DNA of 64,000 nucleotides, from positions 3,136,001 through 3,200,000 of the forward strand of contig OY969724.1 in the NCBI GenBank assembly GCA_963702205.1, in the 5' to 3' direction. The position numbers and the translations under genes were made by a program. The notes below the pieces were generated by a model. The model did no database searches and was not told the DNA's origin. It saw only the letters and a program-made list of their open reading frames with translations. Positions 1-10,720 of the stretch are shown piece by piece; within the stretch, counting starts at the first letter, position 1; each line of letters opens with the position of its first letter. This DNA comes from an uncultured candidate division Zixibacteria bacterium (GTDB lineage: Bacteria; Zixibacteria; MSB-5A5; GN15; PGXB01).

Positions 1-28
1 TTATATAGAGACGCCGCAGCATTAAATC

Positions 29-1769
29 TTACTGCTCCCGCCTTTTAATCAGGTCCATAATTTCGTTTTGCAGCTTTTCGGCCGTTTTCGAATCGCCTTT
101 GCTCTCGGCGTCCTTGAGCTGACCCTTGAGCGTATCGATTATCCGTTCGCGTTTTAGGTCTTGTATCTTTCTCACCAGGCCCCGGACAGTCGACGGTACA
201 TTGTACCCCGACCAGTCGATCGCGGCCAGCGCGGTAATATCAGCCAGCAGAGACTGATCTGCGATTTGATTGACGAGTCCCGACTCGGTGAATTCTCCGG
301 ATTTTTTGAAAACGTCGATGATGCTCTCGTAAATCGCCCGGTGCGCCGGAATGTGGAAATCCTCGGGGGTCAGCTTTTCCATAACCTTCGCGATTTCCTC
401 CGGGTTGCAGATCATTAGTGACAGCAGGTCGCGTTCATTGATTTCTATTTTGCGCGGCGGCTCGACGGCCGTCGATCCCGATGATGCATCTCCCTTTTCA
501 TTCATGATATTATAAAACTGCCGGGGCGGAATTTTCATTCGTTCCGCGGCGTCGAGGATCATAACATCGCGGCGGGTCGTATCGCCCACCTTTTTAAACA
601 GCGCCACGAATTCTTTGATCAGTTTTTCCCGCGCAATAATTCCGGCCGATTCGAGGTCAGCCCGGCGGATGCGATATTGTATAAAACTTTCGGCTTCGGA
701 GTGGACTTTCTCGATCGCGTCCGCGCCGCCTTTGACCGCCAGTGAATCGGGGTCATCGCCCTCCGGACCGGATATTACTTTGACTTCCAGCCCGGCGTCG
801 TACAGCGCATCGACCGAGCGCAAAGCCGCCATCTGTCCGGCGGAGTCGCTGTCAAAAAACAGAAAAGCCGTATCGGCAAAATGCGACAGCAGCCGCGCCT
901 GTGTCAGAGTGAAAGCCGTCCCCGACGAGGCCACGACGTTTTTTATGCCAACCTGATACAGCGAAATCAGGTCGAAATATCCCTCAACGATGATGACTTC
1001 GTTTTTTTCGCGGATAAACTGCCGAGAAAAGTTTAGGCCGTACAATATGCTGCTTTTATGGTACAATGCCGTCTCCGGGCTGTTGACGTATTTTGCGACC
1101 TCGCCCTTTTTTAGGGCCCGACCGCCGAAGGCGACGGCTTTCCCGCTCTGGTTGAAAATCGGAATCATCAGTCTCTGACGAAAACGGTCGAAATAAGAAT
1201 CGCGTTTTTCGGAGCGGATCACCAGCCCGGCCCGCTCCAGATCTTTGTCGAACAGGTCTTTCCTGAGGGTGGTACTTAAGAAATCCGTCCCAGCTTTCAC
1301 CGGCCAGACCCAGGCCAAAAAACTCGATAGATTCTTCAGTCAGGTGACGGTTCTCAAGCAGGTATTTCATCATCTTATCGCGATACTGATCGGACTTGAG
1401 CAGTTTCTGATAGTACTCCAGCGCCACCGTGTGCGCATAGTACAACCGGTCGAGCTCGTCTTTGGATGAATCGCTCCGGGTTTCTTCTATTCTGATGCCG
1501 GCCTTATCGGCGAGAAAACGGACGGCTTCGATGAAAGTCATGTTTTCGTGTTCCATCAGGAACGTGAAGACGTTTCCGCCGGCGTCGCAGCCGAAGCATT
1601 TGTATATCTGCTTGTCGGCCGAAATCGAAAACGACGGCGTCTTCTCGAGGTGAAACGGGCAAACCGCGAAATAATTGCGCCCGCGCTTTTTGAGCCGGAG
1701 GTACTGACTTAGAAGCTCGACGATGTCGGTCGCCTCGCGGACGCGGTCTATGGTATCCTGCGGAATCAC
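29..1769 (-). CDS. dnaG: DNA primase, split by a +1 frameshift near 1271
   Basis: ORF 1056..1769 has the CHC2 zinc finger (CPFHLEKTPSF..YKCFGC). ORF 29..1318 has FDRFRQRLMIPI, KYVNSPET and the TOPRIM motifs VEGYFD / FDSDSAG. Removing one C from TAC-C-ACC-CTC joins the frames. Confidence 0.95.
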
Positions 1770-1772
1770 GAC

Positions 1773-4129
1773 TTAATCTTTCAGTTTGACGATGGTCACC
1801 CCGGCGCCGCCTTCGTTCCAGTTGCCGAGACGGATATCGGCGACGGCCGGATGGGCTTTCAAAAATTCGGCCATTTTCTTTCGCAAAACCCCGGTCCCCT
1901 TGCCGTGGACGACGTACACCTGCGACAGCCCGGTCAGTATGGCCGTGTCGAGAAATTTATCGAGCGCTTCCGAGGCTTCATCGGCGGTCATACCTCTCAA
2001 GCTGATCTCCGGACCGGTTCGCTCGAAATCCGCGGACGGTTCCGCGTTTCCTGTGGCTGTATTATCCTTCACGGGACTTTTGGCGCTGGCAACGTCGGTG
2101 CTGTCCACGGTGAACATCATATTGGCGATGCGCACTTTGGCATGTTTGTCGCCGAGTTCGATCAGTTCGCCTTCTTTCCTGAGCGATTCGATCCAGACCA
2201 TATCGCCGGCGTTTAGTTTTCCCGACTCGACCGGAGGAGTGTACTTCTTCTTGAGATGTTCCTGCTTGTTGGCGGTTGACTGCAGAAATTTGTGGGCCTG
2301 TTTGACGGAATCTTTCGAGGCATTGGTCTCCCGTATACGTTTCACCAGCCGTTCGATTTCGAGGCGGCTTTCGGCGAGCACGTTTTCGAGCTCCTGCAGA
2401 TGTTCGTTTTTACTCTGCTCCATCTCGCGGGAGAGCTTTTCGCTCTGGCTTTTATAGAAGTCCTCGAGCTGGGCCGTATGTTTGAGCTTGTCCTGCAGAG
2501 CGGCCTTGTCTTTTCTGAGCGCCGCCAGTTCGGATTCGAGCGATTCGATGAGCCCGGTCAGCGAGCGCTCGGTCTTGCCGAGAAGCTTCGAGGCGTTGTG
2601 AGTAATTTCTTTATTCATGCCGAGCCGTTCGGCAATCTCGACGGCGTACGACGCCCCCGGTATACCGATTTGCAGGCGAAAAATCGGCTGAAGAGTCTTA
2701 CGGTCGAATTCGAAGCTGGCGTTCTCAAGTTCGGGATGCTCCATCGGGAGCGTCTTCAATTGTGAGTAATGTGTCGTCGCGATTATCCTGGCTTTGTTTT
2801 TCACCAGCTTTAAGAGGATTGCCTCCGCCAGCGCCGCACCCTCCTTGGGATCGGTCCCGGCGCCGATTTCGTCGAGCAGCACCAGCGCCTCCGAATGGGC
2901 GTTTTCGACGGCATAGGCTATCTGCCGGACGTGCGAAGAAAACGTCGACAGCGACAGCTCGATTGACTGCTCGTCGCCGATATCGGCCAGGACGTTGTGA
3001 AAAACGCCGACCTCGCTTTTTTCGTCGATCGGCACGTGCAAGCCCGATTGCACCATAAGTACAAGCAGCCCGACCGTCTTCAGGGCCACCGTCTTGCCGC
3101 CGGTGTTGGGGCCGGTGATAATAAGACCGAGCCGACCCTTGTCGAGCGCCAGATCGTTGCCGACCACGGTGTCTTTCTCTTTCGTATAGTACATCAAAAG
3201 CGGATGACGGCTGTTAATCAAATCAAGTCGACTGGTTCCTTTGATCTGCGGCGGCGCCCCGTCGATCTTGATCGAAAAATTGGCCGAGGCATGGATCAAA
3301 TCGAGAATACCGATCAGGCGGGTATTGGACAAAAGCCCATGGTGTTCCTCCCCCACCTGCGCCGTCAGGGCCCGCAGGATGCGGTCTATCTCCAGCCGCT
3401 CGTTGCGCAGCTCCGATCCCAGCCCGTTGTTCAGCTCTACCGTTTCGTTGGGCTCGACATACATGGTCGCCCCCGACTGCGAGCGGTCGTGCACTATTCC
3501 CGCATCCGGCCGAAATTGCCCGGACAGCACGGGAATGACATAACGCCCGTCTCTCATCGTAATCATATCGTCCTGCCAGCCGGGAGTCTTCTGACGCGCC
3601 GACAAAATGCGGTCGAGCCTGGCGACGATTTTTCTCTTTATATTGGAAATTTCCCCTCGAATCGCCCTGAGCTTTTGCGACGCCGAATCTTTTATCTCAC
3701 CGTCGTTGTCGATGGTCCGCCCGATTGTCTCACTTAACTCAAATAGAGGGTGCAGGTCTTTCAGATATTCCGCGATCAACGGGAATTTATGACGATCATC
3801 GGGTGCATAGCGGTGCAAGGCATTGCAGACGTCGATTAGTTCTTTCACCAACAGCAGGTCGGCCGGTTCGATAAAAATTCCGACCGTTTTCGAGCGGCTG
3901 ATTATGCCGGTTATATCGTCCAGACGATACAGCGGCAGGGCCGGGCGAAATTGTACTATATCCCGCATTTGGGAGACTTCGGCCAGGCGAGTGGTGATGG
4001 CTCCGGAATCGGTAAGCGGCGCCATACGGTCGACCATTTCCATCCCGTAACGGGTCAGACACAGTCCGTGCAGGATTTCCAGAATCCTGGGTACTCCAGG
4101 ACACCCATTGAATGTTCATCAAAGTTCAA
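1773..4129 (-). CDS. mutS2: MutS2 family ATPase/endonuclease with Smr domain; frameshift near 4090
   Basis: Walker A ITGPNTGGKT, DIGDEQSIE, LLDEIGAGTDP, and C-terminal Smr (LRGMT..HGKGTG). The typical N-terminus (FDEHSMGVLEYP-RILEIL) joins the frame if the CCC at 4089-4091 has one more C. TTG start at 4129 follows a GGAG SD. Confidence 0.93.
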
Positions 4130-4148
4130 GGCCACACTCCGTAAAATA

Positions 4149-4173
4149 AAAAGCCCCGATTCAATCGGGGCTT
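4149..4173 (-). terminator. Intrinsic terminator-like hairpin between cvpA and mutS2
   Basis: Minus strand reads AAGCCCCGATT-G-AATCGGGGCTT followed by TTATTTT. Confidence 0.65.
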
Positions 4174-4215
4174 AATATAAGCATTGATTTCGCAAGAATA
4201 AATATCTTTATCAGT

Positions 4216-4857
4216 TTATATCTGTCCGGCTCCGGTCCCGAAATAGCGGTCAATCTGGTAAATCACGTGGTAGACCTGTTCACGGTCCTCGCTGAAATCG
4301 AAATTGGGTGTATTGGATTCGCTCGACGGCCTCAGCAGCAGAGTATGTTCGACCTTGTCCATGAAATTGCCGTTCTTGGGGTGCAGAGTGGCCGAGGATT
4401 CATACAACAGCGGCAGGGTCTTGGCGAAAGTCGGTCCCAGGAAAGATTGGCCGAAATCATCGTAAAACTTGTCCGGCATCGGCAACAGGAAGACAATAAA
4501 GGTCACGAAGCTGATTATCACCCAGCCGCGCAATGCCCCGACCAGTGCGCCGCCCAGCTGGTCTTTCTTGCCCAGCTTCTGGAGATGGGCGAACTTATAA
4601 AACATTATTCCGAGTAATTTAAAGACGGCATAAACAACCGCCAATAGTACAACGAAAGAAATTATGGCCGTCACCAACGGCGACCCGCCCAGTGTCTCGT
4701 AAATTTTGACTGCGATAATATCGATATAATTGACGGAAACGATAACGGTAGCGGTCAGGACGGCCAGAGCCATCAATTCTCTGATCAGTCCTTTTTTAGA
4801 ACCGATAATAATGGCCGCCACCAGAAGGATCAAAAGGATAATGTCGATCCAGTTCAT
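4216..4857 (-). CDS. cvpA: CvpA (colicin V production) family membrane protein
   Basis: MNWIDIILL..G.KKGLIRE, hydrophobic helices, DQLGGALVGALRG; position beside mutS2 is typical. Confidence 0.85.
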   Translation of the reverse strand: MNWIDIILLILLVAAIIIGSKKGLIRELMALAVLTATVIVSVNYIDIIAVKIYETLGGSPLVTAIISFVVLLAVVYAVFKLLGIMFYKFAHLQKLGKKDQLGGALVGALRGWVIISFVTFIVFLLPMPDKFYDDFGQSFLGPTFAKTLPLLYESSATLHPKNGNFMDKVEHTLLLRPSSESNTPNFDFSEDREQVYHVIYQIDRYFGTGAGQI

Positions 4858-4897
4858 TTCACTACTCCCTGTATGGCGTCAAATCCTTAATGAAGAG

Positions 4898-5353
4898 CTA
4901 CCGGTCGGCGTCCGAGAGCATCTGTCTGACAAGCTGACTGACCAGCTTGCCATCGGCCTGACCTTTCAGCCGGGGCATTAGGTCTTTCATCACCGCTCCC
5001 ATCTGCGCCGGTGACGACGCCCCCGTTGCTTCCAGCGAGGCCTGGATGTGCTCTCTGATTTTATCTTCGGAAAGCTGTTCCGGAAGATACCCCTCAATAA
5101 GTTCCAGTTCTCTGGATTCCTTATCGACCAGATCGTCGCGTCCGCCTTTTTTGAACTGCTCGATCGAATCGCGACGGCGCTTGGCGGCGCTCTGCAAAGT
5201 CGCGAGAATATCTTCATCGGTCAAATCCCGACCGAGATCGATCTGGCGATATTGAATATCAGATTTAAGGCCCCGAAGAACGGTCGCTTTAAGCTTATCC
5301 CCCGCCTTCAGGGCCGATTTTAGTTCTTCATCTATTTTAGGTAAAATAGACAC
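4898..5353 (-). CDS. GatB/YqeY domain protein
   Basis: LKSALKAGDK..LRGLKS..KRRRDSIEQFKKGGRDDL..YLPEQLS..MGAVMK..GQADG; GTG start at 5353 just after rpsU. Confidence 0.9.
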   Translation of the reverse strand: MSILPKIDEELKSALKAGDKLKATVLRGLKSDIQYRQIDLGRDLTDEDILATLQSAAKRRRDSIEQFKKGGRDDLVDKESRELELIEGYLPEQLSEDKIREHIQASLEATGASSPAQMGAVMKDLMPRLKGQADGKLVSQLVRQMLSDADR

Positions 5354-5360
5354 AACAAGT

Positions 5361-5555
5361 CTATCCTTCTGCCTGGTGCAGCTTACGCATCTTGCGCCGT
5401 GCGGCATTCAATTTGCGCTTGCGGCGTTCAGACGGCTTCTCGAAATGCTGATGCTTCTTTATGTCCGACAGTATTCCTGTCTTTTCACAAAATTTGTTGA
5501 AGCGGCGCAGGGCTTTCTCGAAGGATTCGTCGTCGCGAACCCTTACGCCTGTCAT
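5361..5555 (-). CDS. rpsU: 30S ribosomal protein S21
   Basis: VRVRDDESFEKALRRFNK..HFEKPSERRKRK; GGAGG SD before the ATG at 5555. Confidence 0.97.
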   Translation of the reverse strand: MTGVRVRDDESFEKALRRFNKFCEKTGILSDIKKHQHFEKPSERRKRKLNAARRKMRKLHQAEG

Positions 5556-5606
5556 AGACACCCCTCCTTTCATGCAATATTTTGTCAATTAACAATTTAG
5601 CAATGT

Positions 5607-5634
5607 AAAATAACAATTATAAATTCGCTGTCAA
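5607..5634 (-). promoter_or_regulatory. Putative sigma70 promoter of the rpsU operon
   Basis: TTGACA-N16-TATTTT on the minus strand, about 50 nt upstream of rpsU. Confidence 0.45.
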
Positions 5635-5766
5635 CACATTAATTTCAGGAATATTTCCGAGTTTGGTCCAATTTCCCGAAAATCCTCCAATATTTCGCGA
5701 CCCAACTTATTCAGATTCAGCCCGATTTGTCGATAATTATTATAACCTTAAGAGAAAGAACACGTT

Positions 5767-6657
5767 ATGTTAGCAGTAGCCGGCCTTATATTTGTCTTTG
5801 TATGCGTCATGGGCGGCTTTCTTCTGGCCAAAGGGAATCCAATGGTTCTCCTTCAGCCTGCCGAATTTGTCATCATCGGCGGGGCCGCTCTGGGCTCGAT
5901 GTTTGTCATGGCGCCGCCGAAAGTTGTCAAGGCTATTTTAGGCCGTCTGCCTAAAATCATGAGTTCCGGCCCGAGCAAACAGTCCTATATCGAGCTGTTG
6001 GCAATGATGTACGAGCTTTTCAATGTGGCTCGCAAGGACGGTCTGGTCGGTTTGGAATCGCACATCGAAGAACCTGAAAAAAGCTCGGTCCTGACGAAGT
6101 ACCAGTATTTCCTGAAAAACCATCACGCCGTTGACTTTCTGGCCGATACGATGCGACTGATTATTATGGGCGGTATTCCCGAACACGATCTTGAGTCGAT
6201 GCTCGACAAGGATATCGAAACCCATGAAATCGAAGAGGAACACGCGGCCACGACCCTTCAGACGATCGGTGACGCTCTCCCCGGTCTTGGTATCGTCGCG
6301 GCCGTACTTGGGGTGGTTATCACAATGGCCTCCATCGGCGGCTCGGTCGAAGAGGTCGGTGAGCACGTGGCGGCGGCCCTGGTCGGCACGTTTCTCGGTA
6401 TTCTCATGTCGTACGGTGCAGTGCAGCCTCTGGCGAGCAACCTGCATCATCAGATCGCCGCCGAAAGTCAGTACTACATCGTCCTGAAGCAAGCCCTGCT
6501 GGCGTTTCATAAAGGATTCACCGCTCAAATAGCGGTCGAGTTTGCCCGACGCGTAATTTCACACGACGTGCGTCCGGGCTTTACCGAAGTCGAAGAAGCC
6601 TGCCGCGCAGCCAAAGCCGGTAAGCTGCCCCAACAGCAGGAAGCGGTCGCCGCCTGA
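5767..6657 (+). CDS. motA: Flagellar motor stator protein MotA
   Basis: QPAEFVIIGGA, ARKDGLVGLESHIE, GDALPGLGIVAAVLG, AALVGTFLGIL, AVEFARR. Confidence 0.93.
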   Translation: MLAVAGLIFVFVCVMGGFLLAKGNPMVLLQPAEFVIIGGAALGSMFVMAPPKVVKAILGRLPKIMSSGPSKQSYIELLAMMYELFNVARKDGLVGLESHIEEPEKSSVLTKYQYFLKNHHAVDFLADTMRLIIMGGIPEHDLESMLDKDIETHEIEEEHAATTLQTIGDALPGLGIVAAVLGVVITMASIGGSVEEVGEHVAAALVGTFLGILMSYGAVQPLASNLHHQIAAESQYYIVLKQALLAFHKGFTAQIAVEFARRVISHDVRPGFTEVEEACRAAKAGKLPQQQEAVAA

Positions 6658-6658
6658 T

Positions 6659-7486
6659 ATGGAAGATAATGAAGAAAAGCAAGCGGCACCGATCATTGTC
6701 GTCAAGAAAAAGAGCGGTCACGGAGGTCATCACGGAGGCGCCTGGAAAGTCGCGTACGCCGACTTTGTCACGGCCATGATGGCTTTCTTTTTGGTTATGT
6801 GGATTATGTCCCAGTCCGATGCCGTCAAAAAGGCGGTGCAGGGGTATTTCCGCGATCCGGTCAGTTTCATGAATAAAGCCGGCCGGGGCGTTCTTGAAGG
6901 CGGCACTTCGCCGCTTAACACCCGCATCCGCAAGAGCGAGGAAGGCGGCAAGATGGGCCAGACATTAGAGCGCCTGAGCGAAGCCGGGAAAAAAATTCGC
7001 GAGGCTCTCGATAAGATTCCCGAAATCGCCAAGCTTAAGGATTTTATACAGATAGAAATTATCCCCGAGGGATTGAGAATTGAACTGGTAGAAGTCTCCA
7101 CCAACCCCGATTCGAGCAATTTCTTCGGTCTGGGAAGCGCCAGGCTTAAACCAACCACACAGTTGATTTTGAAAGCTATCGCCGGGGAGCTGGGAAACCT
7201 TTCCAATGATATCATAGTCGAGGGCCACACCGACAAAACCCCCTACTCCGAACGAAATCAGTATTCCAACTGGGAGCTTTCAGCCGACCGAGCCAACAGC
7301 GCCCGCCGCTATATGGAAAATGACGGCTTGCGCAACGGCCAAATTGTCGAAATCCGTGGATACGCCGACAAACATCTCAAGGTTCCCGACAAACCGTATG
7401 ATCCACGCAACCGACGGATCGCCATTATTGTCCTCAACGAAGGTTATCAGGAAAGTTTCCGCTCGCTGGCCGATGACGGTATGTAA
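6659..7486 (+). CDS. motB: Flagellar motor stator protein MotB
   Basis: [25 protein letters not shown] with the conserved Asp; OmpA-like domain ([18 protein letters not shown]). Confidence 0.93.
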   Translation: MEDNEEKQAAPIIVVKKKSGHGGHHGGAWKVAYADFVTAMMAFFLVMWIMSQSDAVKKAVQGYFRDPVSFMNKAGRGVLEGGTSPLNTRIRKSEEGGKMGQTLERLSEAGKKIREALDKIPEIAKLKDFIQIEIIPEGLRIELVEVSTNPDSSNFFGLGSARLKPTTQLILKAIAGELGNLSNDIIVEGHTDKTPYSERNQYSNWELSADRANSARRYMENDGLRNGQIVEIRGYADKHLKVPDKPYDPRNRRIAIIVLNEGYQESFRSLADDGM

Positions 7487-7602
7487 AAGCTCTTTTTTTC
7501 AGATCAACCGAACATCTCCAAATTAAGCCCCGAATCCTCTTGCGATTATTGCCTTCAAGCGTTAAAATTAGGCAAAAGCAATTAAAGATCGAGGAGGTAA
7601 TT

Positions 7603-8352
7603 ATGTCCGGCCATTCAAAATGGGCGACAATTAAGCGTAAGAAAGGCAAAGCTGACGCCGAGCGCGGCAGGATGTTCACCCGTTTCATCAAAGAAATTAC
7701 GGTGGCAGCGCGCGCCGGTGGCGGAGACCCCGATGCCAACCCCAGACTGCGGACAGCCATTGCAACGGCCAAAGGCGCCAATATGCCGCAGGACAATATC
7801 AAGCGGGCCATCCAAAAGGGTACCGGCGAGCTGCCTGGGGTATCGTACGAAGAAGCCAGCTACGAAGGTTACGGTCCGGCCGGGGTGGCGGTCTACCTGA
7901 TGACGCTGACCGACAATAAAAAACGTACCGTTTCGGAAATAAGGCATCTGTTCACGAGGTTCGGCGGGAACCTCGGTGAAAACGGTTGTGTCGCGTGGAT
8001 GTTCGACAGTATGGGCATCATCACTGTCGAGACGTCGGTCGTCGACGAAGATACGCTCATGGAAATAGCTATCGAAGCCGGAGCGTCAGATATGATTAAT
8101 GCCGGCGACGTTTATGAGATCACGACGCCGCCGAGCGACCTCGAAAATGTGCGGCAGGCACTTGAAAATAAATCGATTCCGATCACATCGGCCGAGACGA
8201 CCATGATTCCGCAGAATACTATCTCTCTCAATGAAAAACAGGCCGAGACGATGCTCAAGCTGTATGAAGCTCTCGAAGAACACGACGACGTCCAGAACGT
8301 ATATAGTAATTTCGATATCGCCGACGACATCATGGAAAAACTGGCCGGGTGA
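7603..8352 (+). CDS. yebC: YebC/PmpR family protein
   Basis: [44 protein letters not shown]. Confidence 0.96.
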   Translation: MSGHSKWATIKRKKGKADAERGRMFTRFIKEITVAARAGGGDPDANPRLRTAIATAKGANMPQDNIKRAIQKGTGELPGVSYEEASYEGYGPAGVAVYLMTLTDNKKRTVSEIRHLFTRFGGNLGENGCVAWMFDSMGIITVETSVVDEDTLMEIAIEAGASDMINAGDVYEITTPPSDLENVRQALENKSIPITSAETTMIPQNTISLNEKQAETMLKLYEALEEHDDVQNVYSNFDIADDIMEKLAG

Positions 8353-8843
8353 CCGCCATGGCCGTGACCATTGTCGGCATCGATCCGGGCCTGCACATCA
8401 CGGGTTATGGCGTCATTAAATCGAGCGGCAGCCAGATAAAAATCCTCGAGGCCGGAGTCATAAAGATTCCGGCCCGCGAAGAATTTCCGGGCAAACTCAA
8501 AGAGATTTACAACGAGATGGGCAATATCCTCGACCAGTTCAAACCGGATTATATGGCGGTCGAAGAACTGTACTCCCATTACGCCCACCCCAGGACGGCC
8601 ATAATTATGGGTCACGCGCGCGGGACGATTTTTATCCGGGCCGCTCTGAATAATATTCCGATAGTTTCCTACGCCTCGACCCGCATAAAAAAGTCATTGA
8701 CCGGGAACGGCCGAGCGACTAAGATGCAGATGCAGAGGATGATTAAATCGACTTTGAAACTGACCGATGACGTCTATTCGGCGGATACGGCCGATGCCCT
8801 GGCGGCGGCGCTCTGTCATCACAACGCCTTGATTGGAAAATGA
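8349..8843 (+). CDS. ruvC: Holliday junction resolvase RuvC
   Basis: [37 protein letters not shown]. Confidence 0.95.
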   Translation: MTAMAVTIVGIDPGLHITGYGVIKSSGSQIKILEAGVIKIPAREEFPGKLKEIYNEMGNILDQFKPDYMAVEELYSHYAHPRTAIIMGHARGTIFIRAALNNIPIVSYASTRIKKSLTGNGRATKMQMQRMIKSTLKLTDDVYSADTADALAAALCHHNALIGK

Positions 8844-9493
8844 TTTCACAGATTGAAGGGAAAATCGCCAAGCTGACCGAAGAGTCGGTAATAATCAATC
8901 TCGGCGGATTGTACCACGAATTGATGATACCTTCGGGATTATATAATACCCTGCGCGATGCCAAAGCCGAGGGCCGCGAGGTGATGCTTCACACGATTGA
9001 TTATATCGAAGCCGGTGACCGCAAGAGCAATCATTTTCCCAAGCTGATCGGCTTCACCGACGCTCTCGATAAGGAATTTTTCCTGCTGTTCACGACGGTC
9101 TCGGGCATGGGTTTCAAAAAGGGCCTGAAATCACTGACTCTGCCCGTCCGGGACATCGCTACGGCCATCGAGACCAAAGACGCCGGGACCCTGTCACGCC
9201 TGCCGGGAATCGGCAATCGTCTGGCCGACAAGGTCATCGCCGAACTCAATGGCAAAATGGCCCGATTTGCGTTGTCCAAGACCGAGCAGCCTTTGACTGT
9301 CATACGCAAGGAGCAGGCCGACCTCATGAATGAAGCGGTCGAAGTCCTGGTGCAGCTGCAGTACAAGGCGTCCGAAGCCGAAAAGATGGTTTTGCGGGCG
9401 CTCGAATCGAATCCCAAAATCGATTCGACCGAGAAACTTATAGCGATCATTTTTCGGCAGGAAGCCGGAGCCGATAAGGCCGAAGTACGATGA
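8840..9493 (+). CDS. ruvA: Holliday junction branch migration protein RuvA
   Basis: MISQIEGKI, HhH motifs VSGMG and LPGIG; lies between ruvC and ruvB. Confidence 0.92.
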   Translation: MISQIEGKIAKLTEESVIINLGGLYHELMIPSGLYNTLRDAKAEGREVMLHTIDYIEAGDRKSNHFPKLIGFTDALDKEFFLLFTTVSGMGFKKGLKSLTLPVRDIATAIETKDAGTLSRLPGIGNRLADKVIAELNGKMARFALSKTEQPLTVIRKEQADLMNEAVEVLVQLQYKASEAEKMVLRALESNPKIDSTEKLIAIIFRQEAGADKAEVR

Positions 9494-10515
9494 GCCGCGA
9501 AAGAATCATAACCGGCGAAGTCATGACGCCCGAGGAAGAATCTTTTATTCTTTCGCTGCGGCCTAAATTTCTTAATGAGTACATCGGGCAAATAGAATTA
9601 AAAGACAAACTGCACGTGTCGATCGAAGCCGCCAAAAAACGCGGCGAACCGTGCGAGCACGTGCTTTTCTATGGTCCTCCCGGGTTAGGCAAAACAACGC
9701 TGGCCAATATTATTGCCAATGAGATGGGCACACGACTGGTGTCGACGTCGGGTCCGGCCCTGTCGCGCACCGGAGATTTAATGGGCATCCTGACCAACCT
9801 GACCGAGGGCGATATACTATTCATCGACGAAATCCACCGCCTCTCCCCGGCTATCGAGGAGTTTATTTATCCGGCGATGGAGGATTTCAAAGTCGATTTC
9901 GTGGTGGATAAAGGCGCGTTTGCCAAAGTCATTAATATTCCGCTGAAACGATTCACCCTGATCGGCGCCACCACGCGGGCGGGGTTGTTGTCGCCGCCGC
10001 TGCGCGACCGGTTCGGGTTGTACTATCATATCGACTTCTACGATAAAAAGGAACTGGCGGAAATTATAGTGCGTTCGGCTGGATTGCTGGAAGTTAAAGT
10101 CACGACCGAGGCCGCGCATGAAATCGCCCGACGTTCGCGCGGGACGCCCCGCATCGCCAATCGACTGCTGCGACGGGTGCGCGATTATGTAACGGTCAGG
10201 GCCGACGGTGAAATAGATATCGACCTGGCCCGCACGGCTCTGGATAAAGAGGGTATCGACAATATCGGTCTCGATGCGCTCGACCGCAAATTGCTGCAGG
10301 TAATCATCGAATTTTACAAAGGCGGGCCGGTCGGAATCGAGGCATTGGGTGCGACGCTCAACGAAGAGATCGATACGCTGGTCGACATGGTGGAACCGTA
10401 CCTATTAAAAATCGGCTTTTTGCAGCGGACCAAACGCGGCCGTATGATTTCCAAAGAAGCCGCCGAGCATCTTGGTTTCGAGCTTGATCAAAGCAATCAG
10501 CAGAGCCTGTTTTAA
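9490..10515 (+). CDS. ruvB: Holliday junction branch migration helicase RuvB
   Basis: SLRP, GPPGLGKTT, FIDEIHRL, GATTRAG, RGTPRIANRLL, EPYLL. Confidence 0.98.
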   Translation: MSRERIITGEVMTPEEESFILSLRPKFLNEYIGQIELKDKLHVSIEAAKKRGEPCEHVLFYGPPGLGKTTLANIIANEMGTRLVSTSGPALSRTGDLMGILTNLTEGDILFIDEIHRLSPAIEEFIYPAMEDFKVDFVVDKGAFAKVINIPLKRFTLIGATTRAGLLSPPLRDRFGLYYHIDFYDKKELAEIIVRSAGLLEVKVTTEAAHEIARRSRGTPRIANRLLRRVRDYVTVRADGEIDIDLARTALDKEGIDNIGLDALDRKLLQVIIEFYKGGPVGIEALGATLNEEIDTLVDMVEPYLLKIGFLQRTKRGRMISKEAAEHLGFELDQSNQQSLF

Positions 10516-10529
10516 ATTATCATAAAGAC

Positions 10530-10712
10530 GTAGGTCTGGTTTGAATTCCCGTTGCAACGGGAATGTAAAACCCGACGTCTTTTTGTCGGGTTTCTCGAAA
10601 TCTCGGAACCCGACCTGCTGTTTTTATTGGCTTTCGCGGGAATGACATTTTTCGTATGCAATAGGCTCAAACCGTACGTACGTTGTGCCCGGTGGGTCCT
10701 CGGACCCACCGG
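10530..10712. repeat. Cluster of REP-like palindromes
   Basis: GTAGGTCTGGTTT-hairpin-AAAACCCGAC (10530-10576); inverted copy GTCGGGTTT..AACCCGACCTGC (10585-10618); GCTTTCGCGGGAATGAC (10630-10646); palindrome CCGGTGGGTC-CTCG-GACCCACCGG (10689-10712). Confidence 0.8.
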
Positions 10713-10720
10713 ATTTAACA

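Noticed and set aside
1260..1280. Programmed ribosomal frameshift in dnaG
   Set aside because: No slippery heptamer at the shift, and several unrelated genes show similar single-base indels.
5767..7486. Zorya (ZorAB) anti-phage system
   Set aside because: MotA has canonical length without the long ZorA tail, MotB has the flagellar WKVAYADF motif, and no zorC/D/E-like neighbours are present.
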